From an uncultured virus (IMG/VR IMGVR_UViG_3300032007_002222) (Duplodnaviria > Heunggongvirae > Uroviricota > Caudoviricetes): a DNA stretch of 20,000 nt. Positions 7,601 to 16,515 of this stretch are shown here, one piece after another (positions within the stretch are counted from its first letter, which is position 1; every line of letters begins with the position of its first letter). The translations under genes were made by a program, and so were the position numbers. The stretch lies in the IMG/VR virus record IMGVR_UViG_3300032007_002222, one strand, 5' to 3'. The notes beneath the pieces are model-generated. The model was given only the letters and a program-made list of their open reading frames with translations, was not told where the DNA came from and searched no databases.

Positions 7601-10600
7601 CGGGCTTAGTTAATGTTAGTATACAATCTGTACCACGTTTAACGTATGTAGGAAACTCATACTGTTCATAGGGTTTACCAGATATACTTACAGTTGTGTC
7701 GTATCCTGTTAAATAATCTAAATCAAATTTTGAATATTTTTTTGTATCAATCATTAATTTATCTTCAGTTAATTCAGCACCGGTAATTAGATTTACTGTA
7801 TCATTGGAAATATTTAAGGTTATACGTGAATAATCATCTGTAGAGCTTATATAAATTTTATCAAAGTCTATTGGTGTAGAAATATTTTTTGTGGGATCAA
7901 CAGTATAATAACTATTATTAATAAGCAGTTCATTATCGACATTTGATTTAGCACTGATTGTTATAGGTGCAACTGAGGTATTGGAAGTTTTCTCATAAAA
8001 TTGTGAAGTTACATCACCCCATCCAAGATTATATGTAGTCTCATTTACTGTAAATGAGGATTCATTCATATCTATTTTTGCATCAGAATAATATGTTTTG
8101 TTTGCTATATCATTCATAAAATTCCATACTGAATGACTATCCGAATATAATTTATTCGAAGACTCTATATTAATATAGTTCACTTCTTCGCCATTAAATG
8201 CTCCTGTAGTAGAAACGTCAATTTTATATGCGTTGCCATTAAAATATAATTTTATGTAATACCATGTATTCTTGTTTAATTGTTTTGATGATCTGTACTG
8301 ATTAGCTATATCATAAGTTGTACCATTGGATGTTAAAGATATTTCTATATAACCATTATTCGTTTTTACAATAGGTACTCTATAATCTTCGAAATGCGAA
8401 TTTAACAATCTGTCATCTCTAAAATTATAAAAATAAGTTTTGAGCGTTAACGCCCAAGTATCCATATTTTGAAAATCGATAGGGTTATCTAAATATAAGT
8501 AAGCATAATTTAAACCAGCATATATATTTTTATTATTTGTTTCCCTTAAAAGTATTCCTGATGTTCCATTACCCCAAACACTATAAATACCGTACCCTAA
8601 TTTTGTAGCTGAAACACCACTAAACCAAGAATTAGTTCCTATGGTAATATAACTTTCTTTTAAATCAATTTCTCCCTTGAACGGATAAAATGCAGAAGAA
8701 TTATTATTTATATTCGCTCCAATAGTCCAAACATCACCACGAGGAATTATACTGGTTGTCGATGAATAATTTATTTCGTTTATCCAATTCTCACCATCTT
8801 CTGACAAATAAACATTGTAAGAAGATCCTGTAAATACTACAGAAACATAATATGTATTACCATTAGTTAATACTGTGGTTCCTGTGGCTGAAAGCATATT
8901 ATAGTTACTTGATGAATTACTTAAAGTTAATTTTACTTGCCCAGAAGTAGCTATACCTATACTACACTCATAGCTAACACCTTGAGAAAAAAGAACTTGA
9001 TGATTAGAGGAATTCGCAACATACTTAAATTTAAAAAACCATTCCCATGAATTATTTCCTGGTGCAAAAACAACAGGTAATACCAAATAGTTTGACTCAG
9101 AAAACCCGCTATACACTTTATTATCTTCAGTAAGCGTACCTCTAATAAAATAAGAATTAGGATTACCTATAATTTGAGTTGATCCATCAAACCAAGATTC
9201 ATCATTAATTTTAATATAACAATCTTTAAAATATATTGCACCTAACCAAGGGTAGCTTGCAGAAACAGCGCTTGAATATCTATCTGCACCAACAGCTATA
9301 AACGATCTCGAAGCATTTTGATATACTGAATTTGTTGAATTAACTGTAAGACAATTACTGTAATTAATTCCATCTAACGAATAATCTAATTTATATTGCG
9401 TTCCTGTAAAATACACTTTAAACCAATAATCTGTATTTGCAGTAGCTTTTAACGAACTATTTGAATTTGTAATATTCCAACTACTTCCATTGGCGGAAAT
9501 ATTTAAACTAAAATATGAATTTGATTCAAGCGTTAAACAAGGAATTGCATAGTCATACCCTGCAGAACAGCCAACAATTTTTTGTCTTGTAGTTATATTT
9601 GAACCTGTTCTAACATGAAATAACATTTCCCAAGAATTGGTTTCCGGTAAAAAAGCATTTGGTAAAATTATATATGCTGTTGATGTAAAATTATAAAAAC
9701 AAGGTCCTCTATAACAATTAATATTTGTAAATCTATAGTCATTTGTAGTCGCTAATTCGCCTCGTTTCAAATAAACGTCATCTGTTCCGTCGCTATAACA
9801 ATCATAAGTTGTCCCTGTATTTAATTTAATTTTATTGCTACTTGCATTTAAATTCTCCAGTTCATAAACTACATTGTTATCTTTATCTATATCAATGCTT
9901 TTAACTGTTGCGCTAGATGTAAATTCATTTTGATATCCTGTATTATTTTGAAATGCATTTAATTTATAATCAGCTAAACCTAAACCATTATTTATCTTTA
10001 CAGTATCACCAACTTGAACAGCATTTAAGTTATTAGTCCAAATAACTTTATTACCTGATACTATTTCAAAATCATTCATAAAAAGTATGCCATTGAACGC
10101 ACCTTCATAATTATCCCATGTATGACCTACTTTGAATATATTCGTAACCGGTGCAATTTTTAGAGTTGAAGTTTTCGACCATTTATTTGTATATGTAATA
10201 TCGTCTGTAGAAATAAGTAGATAATATTGTGTACCGTCATAACCAAATTTAACAAAGTAAATAGTATTAGCACTTATATTTGACGTTGTATTTCCATCTG
10301 ATATATCCCAAGAAGTACCGTTTGATGACAACCAAATACGGAAATTTGAAGATCCATAACCGCTATAAGTACCTAATAACATTGAATAATTACTTTTTTT
10401 TGCTCCTAAAAGATAACAAGTATTTATTGATGGGCCGGTCCTCATCTTAAATTTCAGTTCCCAAGAATCATTGCCTGGATCAAAAAAATTCTGTATATCA
10501 AATGTATCAAGGGATCTATTCAACGATATGGTATTTGATTGTGTAAAACCAGTATAATCTGTATTAGTTAATTGAAGTAAATTTCCTACTACAGTATAAT

Positions 10601-11249
10601 CTGTACCTTCTTGTGCAATATCTCCATCAAATGTTAAAGAACCATCAATATATATTTTAGTTCCTGGAATATATATTAAACCACCATTTTGCCAAGCATA
10701 ATCTTCCCAACTGCATCCGCCTAAATTTTGAGAACCTTCATTCCAATAAATAGGTTCTGAACTGGTTTTTGAATTACCCCATATATAATTTGTACCATCA
10801 AGCGAGTATCCAAAATCATATTTTGTTCCATCCCACTTCACTCTAAACCATACATCAGTGTTTGTAGGTATTGTTAATGAAGGATAATAATCACTGCAAA
10901 CATTCCAATTACTACCGTTTGATGATAACCAAATATGTACAGTATTAGAATTAGTTATTCTGTATACAATTCCTTTGCTTCCAGAAGTTGCTTGTATTAT
11001 ACTATAATTATTAAAAGAATTTGGAGTATGCGCTTTAACAATCATATCTATAGAGGATGTAGCTGTAGTAACAGGTAATGTAATGTAATTTGTTCTATTT
11101 ACAAAATTTGTATATACTTTAGGACCATTTATTAGATGTCCGTTTACTGTAAAACTTTCATAATTAGGTAACGTTTCTTTTGTGGCATAAGCTAAAAGTG
11201 ATTTAGCCATATTTTTTGCACCAGCTAAAAGCATTGTAAATAAATTCAT
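4689..11249 (-). CDS. Giant (2186 aa) putative tail adhesin: about six LamG/ConA-like repeats, several PEGA-like domains, a nested F5/8 domain
   Basis: Recurrent LSSNGSNWNV / LSSNGTSWDI / ISANGSSWNI / LSNSSSNYNM / LTSNGTTYDI cores with NTxYxxKxxFxGxxY and SxDG; VTPATATI..ITADGY; AWHAFN..GSTDGFNWDTL..YNWFGL. No signal peptide seen. Confidence 0.75.
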   Translation of the reverse strand: MNLFTMLLAGAKNMAKSLLAYATKETLPNYESFTVNGHLINGPKVYTNFVNRTNYITLPVTTATSSIDMIVKAHTPNSFNNYSIIQATSGSKGIVYRITNSNTVHIWLSSNGSNWNVCSDYYPSLTIPTNTDVWFRVKWDGTKYDFGYSLDGTNYIWGNSKTSSEPIYWNEGSQNLGGCSWEDYAWQNGGLIYIPGTKIYIDGSLTFDGDIAQEGTDYTVVGNLLQLTNTDYTGFTQSNTISLNRSLDTFDIQNFFDPGNDSWELKFKMRTGPSINTCYLLGAKKSNYSMLLGTYSGYGSSNFRIWLSSNGTSWDISDGNTTSNISANTIYFVKFGYDGTQYYLLISTDDITYTNKWSKTSTLKIAPVTNIFKVGHTWDNYEGAFNGILFMNDFEIVSGNKVIWTNNLNAVQVGDTVKINNGLGLADYKLNAFQNNTGYQNEFTSSATVKSIDIDKDNNVVYELENLNASSNKIKLNTGTTYDCYSDGTDDVYLKRGELATTNDYRFTNINCYRGPCFYNFTSTAYIILPNAFLPETNSWEMLFHVRTGSNITTRQKIVGCSAGYDYAIPCLTLESNSYFSLNISANGSSWNITNSNSSLKATANTDYWFKVYFTGTQYKLDYSLDGINYSNCLTVNSTNSVYQNASRSFIAVGADRYSSAVSASYPWLGAIYFKDCYIKINDESWFDGSTQIIGNPNSYFIRGTLTEDNKVYSGFSESNYLVLPVVFAPGNNSWEWFFKFKYVANSSNHQVLFSQGVSYECSIGIATSGQVKLTLSNSSSNYNMLSATGTTVLTNGNTYYVSVVFTGSSYNVYLSEDGENWINEINYSSTTSIIPRGDVWTIGANINNNSSAFYPFKGEIDLKESYITIGTNSWFSGVSATKLGYGIYSVWGNGTSGILLRETNNKNIYAGLNYAYLYLDNPIDFQNMDTWALTLKTYFYNFRDDRLLNSHFEDYRVPIVKTNNGYIEISLTSNGTTYDIANQYRSSKQLNKNTWYYIKLYFNGNAYKIDVSTTGAFNGEEVNYINIESSNKLYSDSHSVWNFMNDIANKTYYSDAKIDMNESSFTVNETTYNLGWGDVTSQFYEKTSNTSVAPITISAKSNVDNELLINNSYYTVDPTKNISTPIDFDKIYISSTDDYSRITLNISNDTVNLITGAELTEDKLMIDTKKYSKFDLDYLTGYDTTVSISGKPYEQYEFPTYVKRGTDCILTLTKPGSTIDSYVKTVNIDRDLYLKKMSITISSGNLVADKISLVINGSCNWEVTNTNELTIDVYQNDSLAYTIEKEGYATFRDSYVVMDNPFVTSEKTITAILSKVYKYTFNVTPATATIDYTYNNLYAKGDNWIQVYANSYLKYVITADGYEKVENEIKSVSSDSTLNITLNAISEPTLTGSLNLMNINNRGTVITLDGNDDYIASAKYTTPNLNYYPYLLCDKVLPLSTARKWEIQTGYRYLGGSNMPLIFGSSAENFHKGGIKFYCRDNRFRIDFSTSNNTYYLADQALGSVATESGYEYRFKIMQTISDNAWTENDGGGTSSVFQVYYKKSDRNVTTNIEAVGNGGTDSDVVCTADYDGSNAWHAFNSNSAIWAPSNQRAVIKYFYRPYAVRPTSVTIINDDTLNNMKSGIIGGSTDGFNWDTLYTITDRGQQKNLSETYFINTEKKYNWFGLSITERYNDYDVIEKEYFIENNTQLQVTLADNFFKQSLYGDSSQGIAEFLYRGGFWLLNRQVVNIANYLNITGTPEENDIIKVYYNTVVTKEPVTTTNIRQIIIDGFPFTYSSDYALMYEASRTAKKYNIVDGELVENPNYVECKNPDTVEPFAFLNTPMNLANNYSLGHIDLSQTKCYINDELYWEAIHTPSVNEDVLVTRGYGLDSNDYMISNIIDDFNGDLACKAKVTEIEDNQASVTPNYYTTNSLTINSKLNNSPVDAEIDTIYELPTKNITFNIIDSNGNVDDAGIKLNTYKSDSRSIKLVNGYRHIHVESIPNQEIEFYVNNQKYIINDSNPVLDIDIPQTNFETYGPSFYGYIIRENGVLFDERSCVYLNNDNVNMPVHVFKVNTDLTGCTIKYIIGDKTYTTIDGQVYCYSGQTITYEISKENYATIIDTYTIPIENINNSTFTVSYKLDNLVTLTLNSDVADVTYTIRSLGYEPVNNTITTKKGGVTLSGNDVKVAETLFRGITITEEE

Positions 11250-11253
11250 TTTA

Positions 11254-11574
11254 CTATTCTCCTATTTTAGCATAAATAGCTCTTCCATTTGAAATACAAA
11301 TAACATAGTCGCTATCCAATTCAAACTCCGGTGTACTAACATAGTACCATTTATCGTCTAAGTCGGTTGCGGTTAATGTGAAATCTGAACTACTTGTTGT
11401 AAAATAAATCGTAATATCTTTCAAAGCTGTTGGAACGTTTTGTAATGTTAATGACTCTAATGGAACTGTACAGATATAAGTTATACCTTCTACAGGTGTT
11501 ATCGTTACATTACTTGAGCTAAATGTTATAGCTGTGTCTTTAATTTGGTCTTTATTTATTAATTGTTTAGTCAT
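11254..11574 (-). CDS. Small beta-rich putative fibre adapter protein (106 aa)
   Basis: AGGAG RBS, beta-strand-like sequence (ITIYFTT, YVICISNG), directly upstream of the giant adhesin. Function inferred from position only. Confidence 0.55.
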   Translation of the reverse strand: MTKQLINKDQIKDTAITFSSSNVTITPVEGITYICTVPLESLTLQNVPTALKDITIYFTTSSSDFTLTATDLDDKWYYVSTPEFELDSDYVICISNGRAIYAKIGE

Positions 11575-11606
11575 CTATAAACTCCTATAGTAAAAAATAA
11601 ATTTAA

Positions 11607-12830
11607 TTAGAAATTATGTACTGTCCAACCTTCTGGAACACTATTTGGCCCATAGTATACAATTCCTTGCGGGTTATAATAAAAGTCTCCGCTATTTGCT
11701 ACATTTGCTACCCAATTTTGAAAATAGCGATATCCGGGTTGCATAGGTCTTGTCCAGTGTACTTTAATATATGATAGTGAGTTACAGTTAGCAAACATTT
11801 CAACCAATGCATAATCCGCTATTGTACCAGCTATAAATATCTCCGGGGCCGTAGTTATATTTGGACAATTTTTAAACATGTGATTGTAACAATATTGTGC
11901 TGATGTAACTGCCGGAAGTGTACTCATTACAGTAGTTAATGATATACAATTTTCAAACATTTCAGAATAACAATAATTCATTAATGTTGTAGATGCTAAA
12001 GAAATATTTGATACATCCGTTATTGATGAACAATCCAAAAACATTTTAGAAAATGCATATTGACTTGTTATATCTGATACAGTAAATGTAGGTACACTTG
12101 TTAATGCTGTACAGCCGTTAAACATAAAAGCACATGTGTACCATCCAAAAGATGTTGCATTTATTGTACTCGGAGGAGTTACAAGACTTGTACAATTTCT
12201 AAACATTTGCTGATAACTTCTACTACTTACAGATGTTCCTGGTAAAGCAGGCGCAACAGTTAAGCTCGTACAGCCCTCAAACATTGCTAGATACGCCGAC
12301 CCACGAACTGTCATTGCCGGCAACTCCGGAGCAACCGTTAGATTTGTACAATCTCTAAATAAATTTCTGTAACAAGCTGGCTTCAATGTTGTAGCCGGTA
12401 AATCCGGAGGAGTAGTTAAACTCGCACATTGATAAAATAAATTATAGAAACAAAAGTCATTTGGTATTTCATTATTAGTTAAATGACTTCCATCATGATT
12501 ATCTAATAAACTATTTATATTACCACTTGCCGCTATAGTTCCTGACATTACAAAATGCAATTCACTTGTAACATCCATGTCCACACCTGTACAAATACCA
12601 CCAGCATTATCACCTTTAAAATAAACTTTATCGCCAATATTAGTCAGTGTTATAGTAGATCCCGCAGATAAAAGTTCCCAGTTTTTTCCATTATAGCTAT
12701 ATTGTATATTGGGTTCTTCTCCACTTCCATAATTAGAAATTGAATAACTAATTTGGGAGTTAGCTTCTTCTGCTGTAAATTTTAGTCCTTTAAATTGTTC
12801 CGGACGTTTAGCATTTGTTATACCTATCAT
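11607..12830 (-). CDS. Leucine-rich repeat (BspA-like) putative receptor-binding protein, N-terminus MIGITNA
   Basis: About nine repeats of LPxTxLxxxCYxxMFxxCTSLTxAP, preceded by a beta-rich N-terminal domain. Confidence 0.8.
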   Translation of the reverse strand: MIGITNAKRPEQFKGLKFTAEEANSQISYSISNYGSGEEPNIQYSYNGKNWELLSAGSTITLTNIGDKVYFKGDNAGGICTGVDMDVTSELHFVMSGTIAASGNINSLLDNHDGSHLTNNEIPNDFCFYNLFYQCASLTTPPDLPATTLKPACYRNLFRDCTNLTVAPELPAMTVRGSAYLAMFEGCTSLTVAPALPGTSVSSRSYQQMFRNCTSLVTPPSTINATSFGWYTCAFMFNGCTALTSVPTFTVSDITSQYAFSKMFLDCSSITDVSNISLASTTLMNYCYSEMFENCISLTTVMSTLPAVTSAQYCYNHMFKNCPNITTAPEIFIAGTIADYALVEMFANCNSLSYIKVHWTRPMQPGYRYFQNWVANVANSGDFYYNPQGIVYYGPNSVPEGWTVHNF

Positions 12831-12831
12831 T

Positions 12832-13971
12832 TTAAACTCCCATTATAATTATTGTCGGAATATTTATGGTATCATTTACTTTAGAATACATAGTTACTGA
12901 ATCCTGACCGGTTGAACATACGTTAGCGTAGTTACCACTATCAAATTCTCCCGGACCGAATACTACTTGAGCAAAGCTATTTGTTGTTGCTCCAGGGCAA
13001 CTTACAGTACATTCATATACATAATCTGGATATACATTAGGATCACTAATTACCCATGAATCTGCAGTTGTATTTTCAAACACTAAATTTTTAGATTGTA
13101 CACCTAAAGAACTTAAACTAACATCACCTGTTAATGTAACTCCATTTATACTAGGTTTATTACTTAGGTCAGTATAATCAGTTGTACCACTACTTACTGT
13201 AGCCCAACCTGCTGTAGTTCCATTAGTTGTTAAAAATTTTCCGCTATTACCAGTTTGCGTAGGTAATAATGTGTCTATAGTAGGTTTGTCAGTTAAATTA
13301 TTATAACTAATACTTACTAAATTAACATCTGTAGCATACACAATACTGATAGTAACATTTTCATTAAATGCACTTGAGAAAGTTATTGTAGATTCTTCAT
13401 TAGAAGTTGTTATACTGTAGTTAGTTGAATCTATTTGATATACACCATTAACATAAACGGAAAGTATAATACTTTCTGACAAGTCTATTTCTGTATTCAA
13501 AGATAATGTATTACTTGTCAAGGGACCGTTAAATGTAAGTATTTGTGTATTGTGCTGTTCAAGTTCAGTCCAACTAGCTGTACTTCCATTTGTCGTCAAG
13601 AACTTCCCATTTTGTCCGGCTTGACTTGGTAAAGCATCAACTGTATCCCAGGTTCCATCACCTTTCAAATACTTTACATTATCTGTTGCTGCAGGAGCTG
13701 GAACCGTTCCAGAAGCACCTGCATTAGTTCCATCTGCTCCAACCATTTCTGTAACAGTATGGGTGTCGATAGCAGTTCTCACAGCTTTCTCAGTAGGTAT
13801 AGCTGTATCCAAAGCATCAGTTGAATCTCTTAATGTTGTTTGAATAACACCTGATTTAAAGTTTGAAACTTCTAAATTTGCAATAGTGTTGTTTTGTGCA
13901 TCAATATTAGCATTAGTCACTACACTATTATTAATATCCAAATCTGATACGACTTTAATTTGTTTGCCCAT
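12832..13971 (-). CDS. Tail-fibre-like protein with LPxQxG repeats and shared C-terminal adapter-like domain
   Basis: GTVPAPAA..KYLKGDGTW, two LPxQxGxxGKFLTTNG..W motifs, YNNLTDKP / YTDLSNKPSINGVTLTG fibre motifs. Last ~86 aa about 50% identical by eye to the end of the 523-aa protein. Confidence 0.75.
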   Translation of the reverse strand: MGKQIKVVSDLDINNSVVTNANIDAQNNTIANLEVSNFKSGVIQTTLRDSTDALDTAIPTEKAVRTAIDTHTVTEMVGADGTNAGASGTVPAPAATDNVKYLKGDGTWDTVDALPSQAGQNGKFLTTNGSTASWTELEQHNTQILTFNGPLTSNTLSLNTEIDLSESIILSVYVNGVYQIDSTNYSITTSNEESTITFSSAFNENVTISIVYATDVNLVSISYNNLTDKPTIDTLLPTQTGNSGKFLTTNGTTAGWATVSSGTTDYTDLSNKPSINGVTLTGDVSLSSLGVQSKNLVFENTTADSWVISDPNVYPDYVYECTVSCPGATTNSFAQVVFGPGEFDSGNYANVCSTGQDSVTMYSKVNDTINIPTIIIMGV

Positions 13972-13995
13972 TGTAATACCTCTATATTAAATTTA

Positions 13996-14166
13996 TTATT
14001 TTTTTCCAAATATCTTTTTAAAAATTAAAAAGACGAAATAAAATGGAAGGATTATGGAGATAGTGAAAAGTGCAACTATTGTTAACAATCCAACAATTAT
14101 TATTACTGGAACAATGACACATATAAATATTACGATTGCTATTAAAGATTCAAGTAAGTCTTTCAT
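13996..14166 (-). CDS. Very hydrophobic 56-aa membrane protein (MKDLLESLIAIVIFICVIVPVIIIVGLLTIVALFTISIILPFYFVFLIFKKIFGKK)
   Basis: Manual translation, not in the ORF track. AAGGAGG RBS and TAATG overlap with the upstream ORF. Confidence 0.75.
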   Translation of the reverse strand: MKDLLESLIAIVIFICVIVPVIIIVGLLTIVALFTISIILPFYFVFLIFKKIFGKK

Positions 14167-14309
14167 TATTTTTCCTCCTTAGTAGACATCTTATCGAGTT
14201 CTTCTTTTGCTTTTTCTTCTAATCCGATTTTGTTAAGAAGATATACTTTTACTAAATTACAAGTATCTTCTATAATTGTACCTAACTTTTCTTTCATTTT
14301 ATTAAGCAT
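14166..14309 (-). CDS. 47-aa charged hypothetical protein (MLNKMKEKLGTIIEDTCNLVKVYLLNKIGLEEKAKEELDKMSTKEEK)
   Basis: Manual translation. GGAGG 6 nt before ATG 14309, 8-nt overlap with the upstream gene, stop overlaps the next ATG. Confidence 0.7.
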   Translation of the reverse strand: MLNKMKEKLGTIIEDTCNLVKVYLLNKIGLEEKAKEELDKMSTKEEK

Positions 14310-14502
14310 TGTTTTCCTCCATATTTTCAGAACTATCTTCTATCTTTTTATCTGTTTCTACATATTCATAATTAGCTGTAAGTATGTCTACAGCTTCTGA
14401 ATATATTTCGTCTGTACCTACTTTTTGAATATAATATCCTTCGTCGGAATAAGTTCTTTTAAAATTTTTTTCTTTTACTTTTATCATTTCTGTTATTATC
14501 AT
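14302..14502 (-). CDS. Small acidic-tailed protein following LRR genes (possible assembly chaperone or cap)
   Basis: RTYSDEGYYIQKVGTDEIYSEAVD..YEYVET plus acidic tail, AGGAG RBS. Same position in its cassette as the 85-aa ORF at 18087-18344. Confidence 0.65.
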   Translation of the reverse strand: MIITEMIKVKEKNFKRTYSDEGYYIQKVGTDEIYSEAVDILTANYEYVETDKKIEDSSENMEENNA

Positions 14503-14511
14503 TTTAAACTC

Positions 14512-15507
14512 CTATACTATAATATAAAGTTCGTATGTTGACCAATTTGTTTCTGCTATCCAAGTATTGTATAAATTTGATGGAACTTTTATTTCACAAA
14601 CATCACCTATATTAGTAAAAGCATTAGTATTAGATAATGTAGGTATTGCAATATTATTACTAAAATCATATAATTTTATACAGTAACAATAATAAAAAGC
14701 ATTTGCTCCTATACTAGATATTCCACTTGGTAAAATTAAATCCTGTAAAATAAAACAATTATAAAATAAATTATCTGGAATATTTGTTACATCTTTGGGT
14801 ATTATTACATATTTTAAAGCATAACAATTATAAAAGGCATTAGTGGCAATAGTTGCTACACTATTTGGTATAACTACTGTTTCTAACCCATAACAATTAT
14901 AAAAGGCATTAGTAGCTATAGTCGTTACGTTATTTGGGATTGTTATAGTCTTTAGCGAATAGCAATAGCTAAAAGCATACTGTGTTATGGATTGTACATT
15001 ATATAATCTCGCATCAGTAACATAATAATTAGGACTATTACTATTTTGTCCAAATAAGCAATCAGCTGAAATAGTTGACATTGTTGTTCCATCACATTTT
15101 ATAGTATATTTTCCATAATTTGTATATGTATGTATTCCACTGGTACCACTTGTTCCATCTCCCCAATCTTTTGTTCCATTCATATTTAATGTGACGGATT
15201 TTCCTGTTTGAGATGTAAGTTCAATATCAAATTCTGATTGTTGAGATGTTGGTGCATAAACTGCTCCAATTAGCATACTATTATCAGTTATGTATATTGT
15301 ATTATTTGTGATTGTTTGAGAACATGCCCATCCTTGAAAAGTTAATCCTGTATGAATTGGTGCATTTGGTAAAGAATAATTTGAATTATTAACAGTTTGT
15401 ATGTCAATAATACTACCATCGTAGTCGATTACTTTAACATTACCTTCTTTAGTTAATTGCACTGGTTTTAACTCTTTCAAAAATTGTGCATTTGTTTTTC
15501 CTATCAT
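14512..15507 (-). CDS. BspA-type LRR (LRR_5) protein, 331 aa; true start ATG 15507 (MIGKTNA...)
   Basis: 23-aa repeats IPNxVTTIxxNAFYNCYxLxxV and C-cap IKVPSNLY..W...TNWSTY. AAAGGA RBS before 15507, whereas the track start overlaps the upstream gene. Confidence 0.85.
   Translation of the reverse strand: MIGKTNAQFLKELKPVQLTKEGNVKVIDYDGSIIDIQTVNNSNYSLPNAPIHTGLTFQGWACSQTITNNTIYITDNSMLIGAVYAPTSQQSEFDIELTSQTGKSVTLNMNGTKDWGDGTSGTSGIHTYTNYGKYTIKCDGTTMSTISADCLFGQNSNSPNYYVTDARLYNVQSITQYAFSYCYSLKTITIPNNVTTIATNAFYNCYGLETVVIPNSVATIATNAFYNCYALKYVIIPKDVTNIPDNLFYNCFILQDLILPSGISSIGANAFYYCYCIKLYDFSNNIAIPTLSNTNAFTNIGDVCEIKVPSNLYNTWIAETNWSTYELYIIV
14820..14913. repeat. 25-bp exact direct repeat with 69-nt period inside the LRR gene
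   Basis: CATAACAATTATAAAAGGCATTAGT at 14820-14844 and 14889-14913, encoding TNAFYNCY twice. Confidence 0.9.
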
Positions 15508-15518
15508 AATTATTCCTT

Positions 15519-16514
15519 TTAAACTGCTACAATATAATCTGCATAAGTCGACCAATTTGTCGCTGTTATCCAACTGCTATATAAATTTGACGGAACTTTT
15601 ATTTTACAAAGTTTATTAATACCTTGAAAAGCATCAGAAGCAACTAATGTAGGTATAGATGTTGCCAAACTAAAATCATACTCTTTTATAGAAAAGCAAT
15701 TTCCAAAAGCTATTGTATCAATACTAGTTATACTATTTGGGAAAATAATTGATGTTAAAGAATAACATGCATAAAAAGCTCCAATACTTATTGTAGTTAT
15801 ATTATTCGGTATTATAACATACTTTAAAGAATGACAACTTTCACATATTGTAGTATCCATTGAAGTTAATGTATTAGGGAAAATTAATACTCCTAACGAC
15901 ATACATTCATAAAAAGAATTTTGCATTATAGATCGAATAGCATTCGATATAGTAATATATTTCATAGCTCTTTGTCTAGCAAACCATCCAGAACCTGTTA
16001 AGGAAAGAGCACCTGCTCTAGCATATTTAATTTTATAACCTGGACCACCATTATTATTTTTATTAACTATAGCGCGAAGCATTATTCTTGGATTTTGTGG
16101 TGGATTTTCACCAGTTATAGTATATTCACCAATATCAGGATATATTCCATCGTATTCATCAGCATAAGGGTCTCCATAACTAGGATTTGATAATAATGTT
16201 CCAGCCGAGAATCCAGTAACTTCTGTTATTTTAATATCTAATTCATTTAATCCGGATGTTGTAGTATAAATTGGACCAACGATAACATTACTGTTAACTG
16301 TAATTGTATTATTAGATATAATATTAGGACTGCTCCATTCTTGAAAAACTAATTTATCATGTGTAGGTGGAGTAGGTAATGTATAAACTGTATTAGCATT
16401 AACATTCTTTTCATCTATAATCGTTCCATCAAAATCTATTACTTTAACATTATAAATACCATTACCTATATCATTACTTTTTATCTTAGTTGTGGAATTA
16501 GCCGATCCTATCAT
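15519..16514 (-). CDS. BspA-type LRR (LRR_5) protein, 331 aa, paralog of 14512-15507 (MIGSANS...)
   Basis: Shared NVKVIDxDGxII, LPxxPxHxxLxFQxW and C-cap IKVPSNLY..W..TNWSTY, with IPNxITxIxxxAFxxCxSL repeats. Confidence 0.85.
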   Translation of the reverse strand: MIGSANSTTKIKSNDIGNGIYNVKVIDFDGTIIDEKNVNANTVYTLPTPPTHDKLVFQEWSSPNIISNNTITVNSNVIVGPIYTTTSGLNELDIKITEVTGFSAGTLLSNPSYGDPYADEYDGIYPDIGEYTITGENPPQNPRIMLRAIVNKNNNGGPGYKIKYARAGALSLTGSGWFARQRAMKYITISNAIRSIMQNSFYECMSLGVLIFPNTLTSMDTTICESCHSLKYVIIPNNITTISIGAFYACYSLTSIIFPNSITSIDTIAFGNCFSIKEYDFSLATSIPTLVASDAFQGINKLCKIKVPSNLYSSWITATNWSTYADYIVAV

Positions 16515-16515
16515 T

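Noticed and set aside
3653..9194. 14-bp direct repeat GATCCATCAAACCA (3653-3666, 9181-9194) as a recombination site
   Set aside because: It encodes the conserved WFDGS end of LamG repeats, so protein constraint explains it.
11598..13995. TAAATTTA upstream of two cassette-start genes (11598-11605, 13988-13995) as a late promoter motif
   Set aside because: An A/T-only 8-mer is expected several times by chance at this composition and also occurs elsewhere (e.g. 493-500). Two instances are not enough.
15508..15573. N-terminal extension MDNSDK... of the LRR gene
   Set aside because: Overlaps the upstream gene. ATG 15507 has an RBS and gives the MIG start shared with paralogs.
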